Below, one piece after another: positions 23,666 through 36,284 of a stretch of 64,000 nucleotides of DNA (the stretch's first letter is position 1; every line of letters begins with the position of its first letter). Source of the DNA: Vicugna vicugna. Taxonomy: Eukaryota. The stretch is taken from NCBI GenBank assembly GCA_013265495.1, contig MU058844.1, positions 7,501,260 to 7,565,259 on the forward strand, given 5' to 3'. Position numbers and translations under genes: made by a program. Below the pieces are notes generated by a model. That model had not been told where the DNA came from. It ran no database searches and saw only the letters and a program-made list of their open reading frames with translations.

Positions 23666-24489
23666 GTTGGGACTGGTATTTTTATATTACTACAAGACTG
23701 TCAATTGATTCAGCAATATTATCAAAGAAACCAAACAGCATGAAAAATGTTCCTATTAGAATAAGTAGGGGGGAAATAGCCTAAGCTGAATATATAATAT
23801 GTATTCAACAGTCATCTTTTAGTTCATTGGATTCAGAGGCTGCATTTTGTCTTTCTCCTCCTTGCTGTCTCCTTTTGAGCTAAATTGCATATACTAGGGC
23901 AGTGTGGATGGTGAAAATTGCTTGTATGACTAAGTGGTACAGCCCTTCAGGCCGACTTCTCCAGTTGCTCTTTATGTTAAACAAAATGTAGATTTTTAAA
24001 GATCTAATGAAGGTGTAACAACAGGCTTTTTTATTCCAAGTATCAAAGTAACCACTGAAGGAAAAAAATTAGCTTCTGATTCCTTCTTTTTTGTAAATAG
24101 ACATTTGATGGTCAATTCAAGGGTAAATAATAAGAGATCCAGAAACTATTTGCAGAATAATTTTAAAGAGTACTTCCTCAAGAATGTCAGTAGCCTGGAG
24201 TGTTTATAGTAGAGGGCAGAAAACCTTTTCTAATATTCCACATAATAACTACCCCAAAGCCAGATTTTGATTTTAACACCAGGACCAAACCTCAGGATGG
24301 AACCCACAAGGCTAGGAGCCATTAATAATACATATGAAGAGAAATGTAAAATAAATATAATGAGTAATAAAGATGAAATTATGAAACTTTCAAAAAAGAT
24401 ACTTTAGAGAACATAGAAATATTTCAGTATAACTAGAGAAGTGTGACATGTACATTTGAAATGATTTTATTAATCCAAAACATCTCTTT

Positions 24490-24780
24490 TATCATTATAT
24501 AAATATACTAATATTTTTGCTGAAAACTCTGAAGTTACAGAAAAGCATAAAATGTGAAATGAGTCACTCATCTTCCCAATATTAAAAGGAAAGCTCTACA
24601 GACATTTAGGCATCTAAATGTAGATCAGTATAGCATACCATATGTAGTATAATAATTGTGTATATATACACAGTAAAAAATTTACAAACTATGAACATTT
24701 TCCTGTGACTAAATAACCCGTTTATCTTTCTAGTAGTCAATTTTATGATTTCATCATAAATTTATTTCTCAATCTTAAAG
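24490..24780 (-). mobile_element. Old L1ME-type 3' end fragment
   Basis: GAAAACTCTGAAGTTACAGAAAAGCATAAA..AACTATGAACATTTTCCTGTG..CATCATAAATTTATT. Confidence 0.45.
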
Positions 24781-24949
24781 TATAATTTAAAATTATTGGA
24801 TGGCAGGCAGTGATAGAGTAATATATGGAACAGTTATCAAAGAAATGGTCTCCAGGACTGAACAACGATACTGAAACCAAAATGAAAATAAAATGACCAC
24901 AGAATGTTTGTTGCAAAAGTGATTAGCTAAAGTTGAGGGGAGGAGGGGG

Positions 24950-25780
24950 GTAGGTGAGGGAGGCCATTAGATTAAGAAGGACTTTGAAAGCCACACTTAA
25001 GAGTTCACATTTTATCCTGAGGGCATGTTTGCTTACAGAGGCATACTTTAAAAAAATCAATGTTTTTGAAAGTGTGATCAAGTGGCCGTGTTAGGGGAGC
25101 AGAGTGAGGAGAGACTGAAGACAGGCAGATCTGCAAAGTGGTTACTGTTTTAATCCCAGCCAGAGATGAAAGGGATGGCATAGGGAGTGGAAAAAAGGAG
25201 GCAGATTAAGAGAAACATTTTGAATAACAATGTCATACACCGATCAGAGAGGAAAAACAAACATTACATTCGTTTTGAACAGGAAATTTAAAGCTATGGC
25301 AAACCCCCAACTCGAAATTGTGGTGGCTACTTGGAGTATAATAATGAAAGTCTGTGTTGCAGTTCTGAATACTTAACAAATGAATTTAACTGTACAAAAG
25401 TCACCTGCGATGTTAGAGCCTTGAGCAAGCGTAAACTAAGGAGAAAAGAATAAGAGCGAATAGCAAAAGTTTGAGAAGTACATGGAGGGGGTGCCCACGG
25501 TGAGGAAGACAAGAGGAGGAAAATAACCAACAAGGAGGAGGAGAAAAAGAAAGCAGAAGCCTCTGGATCTGGGCAACAGGGTCAGATTAGAGAAAGGAAT
25601 AAAATATTGAGGCCTGGAAGGACTGTTGGCTTTGACAAAGAGTTCTTGGGGAGATTTCAAGAAGGCAGTGTCTGGCAGTTTAGGGAGATTAGAGTCAGAC
25701 CGCAGAGTAAGGAAAATAATGGAATTCAGAAAATGTCTTCATTCGGCCTAAAAGAATGACTATTTAAAAGAGGGAAAGAG
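24950..25780 (-). mobile_element. L2 LINE fragments
   Basis: AGGACTTTGAAAGCCACACTTAAGAGTTCACATTTTATCCTGAGGGC, GAGACTGAAGACAGGCAGA, AATCCCAGCCAGAGATGA. Confidence 0.65.
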
Positions 25781-26634
25781 ACGAGCCGCCATATAACTTA
25801 ATCGAGGGTGGTGGTTTTGTTTGTGTGTTTCTGTTTTTGGTGGGGTTTTGTTTTTGTTTTTGTTTGTTTTGGGGAAATAATGATTAAATTTGAACACAGA
25901 GCAATTAGCCAAAAGAAAACCTTTTTTAAAAAAAATCAGTTTACTTTTTAGGAATTTATCTTACAGAAAATCTGGGGACTTGACAGAGTTCACTTAACTT
26001 TTGATCCTTCTTCCATCCCCAGGATACATGGAAGACAGAGTACATAGCGCATGGTTAGCAGAGGGAGAAGCAGGCACACTCACGCTGCATGTAGAGCCTC
26101 ACAATTGGTCTACAATCTCGGGGAAATTTCCTGGCCTCTCTTTGCCCCTCTATGATCTCTCCGGTTCCTAAACTCTGTTATAGCAGTTGGTTAAACAGGA
26201 CTTTGACATTTAGCTAATATCCTTTAATACAATATGTAAGATTTAATATATATTTGCACTTCTAATTATGGCATGTTTATTTGATGTAAAGGTATATATA
26301 GCCAGGGGTGTTGGAATGAAAGACAATTGGGCATAACTTGAAATATGTGCAGTGTAAACCAGCAATTGCCCCTTAATAATAACTGTGACAATCTAACCCC
26401 TTCAAGCTCTACTGCTATTTTCATTCCTACATCTTTGCACCATGTTTGGTGTTTTCCTTCATTTCCTGAGACTTGTTTCAGCCAAGAAGACTCAGAATTT
26501 TCCTTTTAATTACATATCAAATAATATCTTAGTAGGCTGCCTCCTGTTTAATTTTAAATTCTAGGGAGACTGATCAGTAGGCGCTTGACTGTAGATCCCT
26601 GGGATCAAAAACCTGATTAACCCATTGTTTGCTA

Positions 26635-26805
26635 AGGTAAGCTTCACATTGTAATGGGAAATCTTTTAAAAATCTTTCAAAAATACAAATTCCTGGCTGT
26701 CACTGCATACATTGTAATTTAATCTGTATGGAGTGTGACCTGGGAATCAGAACTTTTTGATCACTGCAGATGATTCTAATGTGCAGAGAAGTTTGGAAAC
26801 TACTG
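26635..26805. mobile_element. MER5-like hAT-Charlie element
   Basis: AAAAATACAAATTCCTGG..GACCTGGGAATCAG..GATGATTCTAATGTGCAG..GTTTGGAAACTACTG. Confidence 0.75.
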
Positions 26806-27449
26806 GATTACCCCTTTGTGTCTGTGTCTCAGAGTGCACGTGCACACGTCTTATCTCTGAGCAGAAATCATGCCGCCTGATTTCTACCTTTCTGGGATCC
26901 CGGTTTTCCTCTCGAGATAAGGGGACCCAATTCATTTAACCATTTCCTACTGTCATAGCTTGCACAATAGAACTAGCACAGAGGTTTTCAGTTATTCCGG
27001 TACCTACCCCCAACTCACCCCAACCCAAGGTATGTCTTCATGCTTTTGATAAGGAAGCATTTTCTGGACTTGGAGGAGCAGGTTGCTCCTAAAAGTCTGC
27101 CATTTCAGCAGTCTATGAATTCCATTCTCAAGCCTGTGCTTTTAAAGTTGCTACATTTCAACCTTATTGACTGTAAGGAATCGTTTTGTCCAAGCTTTGA
27201 TCACTAATCCAATAGACCACATTAAAACCCTAAGTCTCGGTGAGTGCTCATTAAGTTAATGAGTTCAACCTGATCAAGACATGATACATGATCATGATGC
27301 ATGATTAAGTCATGTATCTTATCTTCCCTATAGTCCAGCACTTTTAGATTGCTCTCCATAATACTCCACAGTTTCCTGCTGATACAGATGCTTAGAACTT
27401 AAAACTTTTTTGGTGTAATAACTATCTCTCGGTAGGTAACAGTATATGT

Positions 27450-28180
27450 TTGAGTTAACTAGGGCTCCTAAGTCTATGGAGGCAATACTCTGGAAAGAGA
27501 TTATTTTGAGGAAAATTGGTGTTAGTTCATGAGATGTCTTACTCAGAGTAAACTATGGAATAACTTTTATGCATAGGAGAGCATTTTCCTGGGGAAGGGA
27601 AACGCTGCTTTGTCCAGGAAGAGCTCAAAGAAATTTGGAAGTTATCAGCCTCTTCCATGTATGCTCCCAAATCCCTATCCCATATCTCAAGTTGTGTTAC
27701 CTCCCCTCTAGTACCCCTACACAATTAGCACTGTAAACCTACCACTGCTATAATCTAACCTAAACTTCATCTTCAGCCATATTCCCTTTTCTATTACTGG
27801 AGTTAAGATGCTCCTTCAAAGATTCCATGCAGGCTCTCTGTTTGTTAACATTGTAGATTTTAGTTCTCTTTCTCTCTCTGTAAACTCTCTAGAGCCATAG
27901 GAAATAGCTAATTGATTGCACAATGTTTATCACCATTGCCGCTTAAGCCAAAAGGGGCTTGTTCTCTCAACCCTTTTTCTTTTATCTACACTTCAACTCA
28001 TGCCACAACAGACATAATTGAATCTGTTGCCACTTCTTGACGTAGATTATCCATGGATCTTTTCTCCACTCCACCTTCCACTAGCAATGAATTTATCCCA
28101 ATATTGATTTACTTTTTGACCAATCCAATCTCAAAATACCATAGTAGGTGTCTGTTTCTTGGGGTCAATTCATATACCAA
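27450..28180 (-). mobile_element. ERVL internal remnant (leader and gag start), decayed
   Basis: Ends in CCAATCCAATCTCAAAATACCA..GTGTCTGTTTCTTGGGGTCAATTCATATACCA, the antisense ERVL PBS/leader. Abuts the LTR below. Confidence 0.6.
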
Positions 28181-28184
28181 TTAC

Positions 28185-28645
28185 CCTACCAAATCAGGGC
28201 CTCAGTAGGAGATACTTGGCACACTCAAGACAAGTTGAGGTTAATTCATTTACAAACAGCCCATTTATAAAAGGCTAAATGTAGTGGAAACAGGAGAGAT
28301 AGTCCTGGGCTTAGCAGAACCACACCTCTTGCCATTCCTAGTCCCATTGAAAAAGGGGGTAGGGGCAATTGTTTGGGGAACCTGGAAGTAAATAATTCTG
28401 TAGGGTTGGCATGGACTTTGTCAGTCGAAGAAAATAGCCAGCTCTTTGCAGGGAAGGATCCAGGGGGAAATAACCTGGCCACTTTGTTCTGTCTTCCTTT
28501 GTTCTCGTGTTAGGGTTTCCTGTTTGCCAAATTCAACCTGAAACCCAAAGACATGGGAGCTTGCTAATGTGGTTTCTACAAATCTTCCTCACAGACTAGA
28601 GAGCAGGGTTTACAATCGTGGAGAGGAGATATGAAGATTAAGATA
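28185..28645 (-). mobile_element. ERVL LTR (LTR33-like)
   Basis: CAGGGGGAAATAACCTGGCCACT..TTGCCAAATTCAACCTGAAACCCAAAGACATGGGAGC..AGAGCAGGG..GTGGAGAGGAGATATGAAG resembles antisense LTR33. Confidence 0.65.
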
Positions 28646-28884
28646 CCTCGTGTACTCTCAGTTTAGAATAACTGCTTGGAACTTATACATTTTAATGGCT
28701 AGGAAACAGGTTTTTGGTTTTTGTTTTTTTTTTTGAAGAGGAAAGATTTGCCAGTATTTTGTTTTGTTTTACTCTATTTTTTTAAACCTCCCCCCTTTAA
28801 TTGCAAGTTAATGATTGAGATACATAAAAAATGATGGAACATTTCTGAGTATTTGCTGGTATCTCTGTCAATCTCATTTCAGTG

Positions 28885-29415
28885 ATTTTTTTTTGTTTTT
28901 TTTCAAAAACCTTTTTTTCATTTTCATATTTGTTTTCCTTACAGGTTATTACAAGATATTGAACATAGTTCTCTGTGCAATACAGAAGTAACTTTTTTAA
29001 AGTCTGTTTTTATATATAGTGGCTAACATTTGCAAATCTCAAACTCCCAAATTTATCCCTTCCCACCCCAGTAACTATGAGATTGTTTGCTATGTCTGTG
29101 AGTCTGTTTCTGTTTTGTAGATGAGTTCTTAGTGTCCTTTTTTTCTCCCTTTTTTCTTCTTTTTAGATTCTACATATAAGTGATATCATATGGTATTTTT
29201 CTTTCTCTTTCTGGCTTACTTCACTTAGAATGACAATCTCCAGGTCCATCCATGTTGCTGCAAATGGCATTATTTTATTCTTTTTATGGCTGAGTAGTAT
29301 TCCATTGTATAAATATATCACAACTTCTTTGTCTAGTCATCTGTCAATGGACATTTAGGTTGTTTCCATGTCTTGTCTATTGTATATAGTGCTGCTATGG
29401 ACATTGGGGTGCATG
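28885..29415 (-). mobile_element. Young lineage-specific LINE-1 3' end (camelid-like), 5'-truncated
   Basis: T-rich tail, then AGGTTATTACAAGATATTGAACATAGTTC, ATTTATCCCTTCCCACCCC, TATGTCTGTGAGTCTGTTTCTGTTTTGTAGATGAGTTC, CTTCACTTAGAATGACAATCTCCAGGTCCATCCATGTTGCTGCAAATGGC. Low apparent divergence. Confidence 0.93.
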
Positions 29416-29489
29416 CCACTATTTTAATACTAGAATTATTTTCAAAGTCATTTTAATCAAACTTTTGCATAAAACAAGAGCTGCATTAT

Positions 29490-29730
29490 ATTGAGTGTGT
29501 CCTGTATGTCAAGCACATTCCAAATGTATTTCATTTATTGTCATGTATTGTCAAACAATTCTGTTGCTGTATACCCATTGTTAGGTATTTTTGTACCAAT
29601 TTTGTGGTTCTGGAACTGTTGCTTGATAACATTAGCTTGTTTTGTCACATAGATTGTAAGTGGAAATTTAAGATAGGACTTCTGCTCTGTTTGACTGCAA
29701 ATCCAAAACACTACATCAGAACACTACACT
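29490..29730 (-). mobile_element. MIR SINE
   Basis: TATTGAGTG..TATGTCAAGCAC..TGTCACATAG..GTAAGTGG..TCTGTTTGACTGCAAATCC. Confidence 0.6.
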
Positions 29731-30732
29731 AATAGGTATGATATTGGGGAAATTTTTCAACGTTTATCTTCCTAAGTACAATTCAGTTATTCACAGGACA
29801 TCTTCTATGAGGCAGACAGTTTAACAAAGATCATGGTAGTCATGAAGAGGGATATGACACAGATCTCTTTCTTGACATGAATATGGTGTTTTAGAGAGTC
29901 AGTGTGCCTAGGAGCACTGAAGAAATAGATGCGTAAGAGACATGAGTGACAACATCATGGTCATGTCATGACCTGCAGCATTGTATCAGAAAAGTTTGCA
30001 GTGACCAAGGAAGCAATTCCAGCTTCCAGGAGTGAGGCCAGCAAGCCTTGGAAAACCAAATAGTGTTTAAAGATAGGCTCCTCTTCTATTAGGATAACAA
30101 ATAAAATCAAGAACTCAATATGCACTTGAAGGTAGGAATAAGACTTGAGCTTATTATTAAATTTGTAATTAAAAAAAAAAAGTCCAAAATTGTCTGGCAT
30201 TTGAGGAAATTTCAGAGAGGGTAGGGTACTGACATCATGGAGGAAGAGTGTCCAGCCTGCCTTTGGTCATCTTGCTTTCTCTTCTCTCACCTACGTGACT
30301 TTTAGTCACCCCTACCTAACCTCGTTAACAGGAAGAAAAAATGAAGGTACTCAAAATTTGAGATGTAGTCATTCCTCATTCCTCATTTGGTGATCTCAGA
30401 TCTTTACAAACAGAGCTCTGTATTTACCCTAAAGTATCACTGCTTTTGGAAGAAACCTGAAAAGATAAATCTCAGATACTCAATGTGAAAAGTATGTGTT
30501 TTGTTTCTCACTCTGTGATAAGCAGCCATCTTCAAGGGCTGCTTGAAGATGTTGAAGAAAAAATGCAGTTCCTTTGCAATATCCATTCTCCTAATCATTT
30601 AGGAAAACACACAAACACACACACATTGGTCTCAGTGACATAAATTCATTGATAAGCAATAAAGGCAATCTCCTTTTGGAAAAAAGTTTACTCTCCTAAA
30701 TTAGTTCACAAAATTACTAAATATATGTTGCT

Positions 30733-31180
30733 GTAGTATGTTCTTGCTTAATCAAAGCCCATCCTGGCATGACTAGTTGGTAATAATTGGCACATGATCC
30801 AGCCAGGTCAGATGCATGTTACAACCCTGACCAATGAGAACAAAAGAGAAATATGCTAAGGGCTTCAAGGAAAGGTTTATATGCTTCTGAAAAGGAGCGG
30901 TAAAAAAGATACGCACATCTTCATATTGACACTGACAAATAGAGATGTTAAGCTTGGAAGTTCCATGGCCATCTCACTACCAACCTGATTAAACGGCCAC
31001 GCACAAGGAGAAGTACAGACTAAGAGGAGCACTGAGTAAGAAGTGGAAATAGTGCTCCAGCAGACCCTGCCTGGAGCTCCATTGGCTGTCATGTCTTTTA
31101 TTTGAGTCTATGTATTTCCTTATTGCTCAAGTGGGCAGAATTTTCTGCTATGAGCAAAATACCCACCCAAAGCTGTAGAC
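30733..31180 (+). mobile_element. Old MaLR LTR (MLT1J-like)
   Basis: GGCACATGATCCAG..TGACCAATGAGA..GGGCTTCAAGGAAAGGTTT..GCTTGGAAGTTCCATGGCCATC..CAGACCCTGCCTGGAGC..TTCCTTATTGCTCAAG. Confidence 0.6.
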
Positions 31181-32749
31181 ATAAACCAAGGATGTCTTGG
31201 GTGAGATCGTATTCACAGATATACATTACAGAAAATAATTCCAACATTGACCAGCTGTGCTCAAAGATCATATAGAGTGGCCTGTACTTCACTTGTGCAA
31301 CTTTTCTGTCCACACATACTCTGTACTCTCTGGTACTTCTCAGGAATATTATCTTGCTTTTGTATGACTTCTGTTTACTCTACAGTCTCCCCTGCAAAAT
31401 CTTCAACAACAAAAAATGCATCCTATGCAGTTCTTTGAGGAATGTGGGCCATTCTGTCTTTTGACGAGTACTTGTATTTGGAGAATGCACCAGTGCCCCT
31501 GTGCAGCATTTGCCCATTATTCTGTAAGAAAATGGGGGGACACGGGGGAGATTAAAAGACAAGGGCATAATGTTCTATGGGAGAGCTGGGCATATAGTTG
31601 AGAGATGAGAGGAAGGGAAAATCTGTGAACTGCAACAAATAATTGGTCTGCATACATGGGTGAAGAGGTAAATAGCATTTTCCAAAATCAATAAAAATTG
31701 CCAAGAATTATAGAATCTACACTGGGAAGAAAATAACATAAACATTCTAAGCTTAAAGTTCCTGTTTATTATTTCAGTGACAATAGATGAATTTCTATTG
31801 AAATATCTCCTAAGACTGAGTGGGAGTTACTTTAATCAGAGAAAAATACTATTATTATTTTATGGCACTGCTACTTGTATTTCAGTATCATCTGTGTTTA
31901 TAGCTTTCGAAAGTGATTAAAAATTGAGTGGCCATCATTTGCTCTTAGTCTATTGCTCTGGAAATCATTGTAATGTTATATGGATTAAGGCTATCCAATT
32001 TATAACATTCTAACATAAGTAGTAAACAAAGATGAGTTTTTGTAATGTCAAATGTATAATAAAATAAGCCATTTTACTTCTTTCATGGCTTCATTTCATT
32101 TTTATCACCTTCAAATGACTAATCATACCTTTTTTATAATAAAATTCATTTTGAAGACATTTTGCAGTCTGTTAAACAGACAGTAAGCCTGCTCAGGACA
32201 ATTTGGTTTTAGTTTTGTTTATAGTGAAGTTAACAAACAAATACCAACTTCAAGGAGGTTCTAAAAATAATACTCATTAGTTAAACAGTTTAAGAATAAT
32301 TTTCTAATAAAGATTGATATATTGAACAACTGTAAAATGGTTCTTCATAAAACACAACTGAGAACACACTCAGAGTAGCATGTAGTGGGTACTACTAAAG
32401 ACAGTACTGCGGTAGAGAGGATTTTACTGGTCGAATTTGAATTTCCTCCAACGTTTTGATTCTCTGTTACTTTATTAAACTCAGTTAGGCTGTCTTCCCT
32501 TAAAATTATCCACTTTTTTAGTTTCTACATTTTGGAAGTTGGGTGACCTTAGAATAACACTTAATTGAGATATTTTGCTTATTTAATACTCACTTTTTGG
32601 GAGTGAAATATGGGGTAAGGGGAATCTTAGGTTATGTCCTTGGCTTCTATGGGTGAAATGACAATCATTTTTATGAATGTATTAAAGCTACACAGACACA
32701 TCCCCCCCACCCCCAAACACAAGACACATTTCCTCAAGCAATATAAAAT

Positions 32750-33460
32750 CTACTGGTGTCTGGGGAGTTACATAGGGTAGTTAAGTGTTAAGGGGACATA
32801 CAAGCAGAGGAAGAAGTCTAATGCTCACTGAGTGAGTCAGGGAAAAGTTCTTCGAGGAAGTGACTCTGAAGATGAAACCAGGAGGATATATTAGAATTAA
32901 TCAGAAGCAGCATAGGCTGTTAGCAGCAAAGGAAGTTCTGGGTACAAATGTTACAGAGCTCCAAGGACTTGAATCCAGATGAAGAATAAAGAGCAAGGGG
33001 TGGGGGGAGAATGGAATGCAGAGGCATGCCAGAAATCTGTTAGGGGAGCCTTTGATGTTCATAACGACGCTTCCCCAGTTTTTTTTCAGGATGTGTTAGA
33101 AGAATTCAAAATAGTGAAACGAAGATTTCAAAATAGTGAAACGACCTGTTCAGACTTGTCTTTTAGAAAAAATTCATGTGGATAAAATAATGCAGGTATA
33201 TTGGAAGGGATTAAATATAAATAAAATTGGGGGAAATATTCTGAGCAAGAAAACGTGATTGTATTAAGGTTTATGATATTACAAACGAAAGAAAAGGATG
33301 AATTGGAGCAGAATTAAAGAAATATTAAGTAGACAGAACATATGATTGATTAATTCTATGAGAGAGAAGTGGGAATTAGAAGGGTGGGTTGGGAAAAATA
33401 AAACTGGTACCAAGGTTTGAGGATGGGGATATTGGATATATGATGATGGTGTTCCTTAGA
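32750..33460 (-). mobile_element. L2 LINE fragment
   Basis: GAGTCAGGGAAAAGTTCTTCGAGGAAGTGACTCTGAAGATGAAACC, TCAGACTTGTCTTTTAGAAAAATT. Confidence 0.7.
33105..33144. repeat. 18-bp perfect duplication at 22-bp period
   Basis: TTCAAAATAGTGAAACGA at 33105-33122 and 33127-33144. Confidence 0.93.
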
Positions 33461-34159
33461 TAAGTTTTAAGTAAGTTTCAGAATACCTCTGTAACTTTTC
33501 CAAACATTCTAAGGAAATAAATGATACCCTGGAATGTCAGGAAGATATTTGACTCAGTTATTCCCAGATAACATAGTCAATGAAGTACAAGTTAACATTT
33601 AAAGAGTATCTAAAGATTAAAATTCATCTGTTAGACAAAGCTTGATGTGGAACCTGCATCTCTGAAATCTGTTATTTTCCTAAATATCCATCAGGCATTT
33701 GCTATCTAATAAAAAGACACACATAGGCTTAGACTATGTGCCCTGGCAATGGCACAGCATTTCCTGTGTTTGAAGCCAGTCCCGTTATGGTACAGACGTG
33801 GATTTCTGAAGCTTTCAGACCTCGCAAGGCTATCCATGGTCATGGTGTTCTCTTTGCCATGGGATGCTGTTTGCCATCGGCAGTGTTCCATCTTTGCAGC
33901 TTGAGAACACAGGAAGCACCTTTTCCTAAGTGATCTACCACGGCTCTTCACAGTCTCTTTGATGTTGCATTAAAAACAGCTTTTAGCTAAAGCTTTTCTC
34001 TTTAGAGTTTTGAAGTATAGTAAAAGGCACCAATTTTAGGAGGGAGGGAGAGTATGTGTGTTTGTATGTGAGATGGACTATGTAAGGGACTTGTAAATTA
34101 TATTTTCTCTTAAACACAATTCAAAGACTTTCCATGTCCATTATCTCTGCTGGATGTCT

Positions 34160-34677
34160 TTCGTGGACTGATTACAACAATGGTACAAATTTTCCAACCC
34201 TCCCTGCAGTTGCAGTTCCAACCACTGCAGATTTTGCAGTGTGACTTTGCAGTTCTCCCCCTTATAAGCTGGAGTTTGTTTCCCTAGTCCTTGAACCTGA
34301 GATGTCACTTGTTTAAACCGGCAGAATGTGGCAGAAGTGATAGTGTCAGTTCAGAGCCAAAGACTGGAGTCCTTGCATACTTTTTTCTGTTGCTTTTCTG
34401 CCTTTGCTATGAGAATGAGCCTAGATTAGCCTCCAGCACGTGGAGGGCAGCTGACTTGCACAGTCGACGGGAGACTGACTCCGAACATGCGAGTGAGTCC
34501 AGACAAAATTAGCACAGTTGCATGTCTGTCCCACAGCTAACTGCAGAGGCGTGAAGAAGCCAGATAAGACCAGAAGAACTGCCAGCTATGGGATAAACTT
34601 GTAAACAATAAGGCACAGAAATCATTTTAAGTCACCAAGTTTGTGGTGGCTTGCACTGCAGCAATAGCTGACTAGTG
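34160..34677 (+). mobile_element. MaLR MLT1H-like solo LTR
   Basis: TTTGCAGTGTGACTTTGCAG..CAGAATGTGGCAGAAGTGA..CATGCGAGTGAG..CAGAAGAACTGCCAGCT..TTTTAAGTCACCAAGTTTGTGGTGG..GCAGCAATAGCTGACT. Confidence 0.82.
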
Positions 34678-35326
34678 AATTTCTTTATGTACCAGAAGAA
34701 TAGAGGTACCGTCTTAGTACCATCACTGCGGTGGATGACACTGCTGTGACTTTGTGTTGGTTGCATCCTGAAAGTTTGAGATTCCATGAATCATAGCTTC
34801 TTGGTTTATTTAGTCACTCCTAATCATACCCTCATAATGTGCCCCAACCTTTCTGCTGATGGGTTGTGGCTAGCAATCCAAGCCAACTTATAAATGCTTC
34901 AGTGATAATGCCCTTTGCCTTCACCCTTAATGGAATAATATTAAATTTATTTACACATTTATTTTAAGTATAATCTTTACATCTATGCCATTGAAAAAGA
35001 GGCATGTGCATTTGCTAAAATATTATTTGAGTAACAGGCCAATTACTGATATTCTTCAACCAAGTGAGCTCAGACATTCTTCTGTTAAAAAAAAAATTTT
35101 TTTTCCAAACTCTACCCCAGTTTTCCTTTCTGTTTATGATATTGAGAGTGCCAAAATATTTCCAAGAATATCAAAATATCCCTACCTTGTTGGAACTTTC
35201 GTCAGTATTTCTCACCAAAGCCATTCTCACTGTGAACTAAGTCAAAGATTTCTTAATTCTAATTCAGTGCGTCGTTCTCTTATTTCAAAAGTGATGATTA
35301 TGTGTGTACATGGGTGTGTGTGTTCC

Positions 35327-35360
35327 ACACTTGATCTTAGCCAAAAGGCCGAGAAGTGAT
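35327..35360 (-). pseudogene. RNU2 (pseudogene): U2 snRNA 3'-truncated (tailless) retropseudogene, U2 nt 1-34
   Basis: Reverse complement ATCACTTCTCGGCCTTTTGGCTAAGATCAAGTGT versus U2 5' end ATCGCTTCTCGGCCTTTTGGCTAAGATCAAGTGT: 33/34 identical, and the one difference is a CpG transition. Flanked by GTGTGTGTGTTCC (35314-35326) and GTGTGTCTATTCC (35361-35373). Confidence 0.95.
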
Positions 35361-36284
35361 GTGTGTCTATTCCAAAATATACCTGACCACATAATATAAT
35401 TAGAACTTTTATACCTAGATAACCCCTAAGTAGGTTGTTTTCTCTATATTTAACAATATATCTCTGCTTAAAAAATACTTAACTATTACTCTTCATCTGT
35501 TCTGTTAATCAAAAAGACTAAGAATTAATAGTCATTAACTGATAGAAGCCACGAATGTATCTTTTCCTTATAACCTGAGAAAACTTAACTTACAATTTTT
35601 CCTACTTAACTAGACTAACCAAGTTCGTTTTTCTAACCACAAAGTAGACATGGTGAAGCTAAATGAGTGTGGGTAGGTATGGGAGGGAGGGAAAGAAGGA
35701 GGGAGGGAGGGAGAAAAGGAGGCAGGGAAAAAAGGAGAACTACTGAGAACTATCTGAAAGGTCATACTGAGGTGATTACTGTAAGGGAAATGTTCCAAAC
35801 TGCTGGCTCCCCAGATGAATCTTGTGTGCAGATGTGTTTTGTTTGGCATACACATTGTTTAAAACAAACTTAATTGTCACAATTAAAAATTGGGGAATTT
35901 CTCCAAAATGAAAAAAAAAATCTATCTTCTCTTGAAAAGTCAGAAAGTACATCCACACTGGCGTTACATGCTTGAATGACGAAGGTCTGCTGTAGCCTCA
36001 TAGTGGTTGCCCCTTCTGACGGCAGATGGACTCTCCAGATCCCTCAGTGTCAACTGTTCTATTGCTTATAGTATTTGGCTAAGACAAAAGAATACTTAGA
36101 AATTCCTTTTTTTAACAGTACTAATTTTACTTTTTTGCAGAAACAAAGTAGAGAGTTTTAAGGGCTTTGGGAAATAAGGAAGTGAGGGGGTAACAACTGT
36201 TTACCTGGCTTGCTTAACCTGTTTGCTGCCTGACTCCTCTAGGCCTTTCATTTCAACCCTGCTTTAAGATTTTTAGAAGAACTG

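Noticed and set aside
24603..24622. Short inverted repeat ACATTTAG-GCAT-CTAAATGT, and a similar GATACATGA..TCATGTATC near 27283-27318
   Set aside because: Stems of 8-9 bp are expected by chance in 64 kb of AT-rich DNA and are too short for a pre-miRNA.
34985..35359. 124-aa plus-strand ORF
   Set aside because: It reads through the antisense U2 insertion and a GT-rich tract, so it is a chance open frame.
35680..35735. Purine-rich GGGA/GGAA tract (possible G-quadruplex or triplex)
   Set aside because: Ordinary low-complexity sequence with no supporting context.
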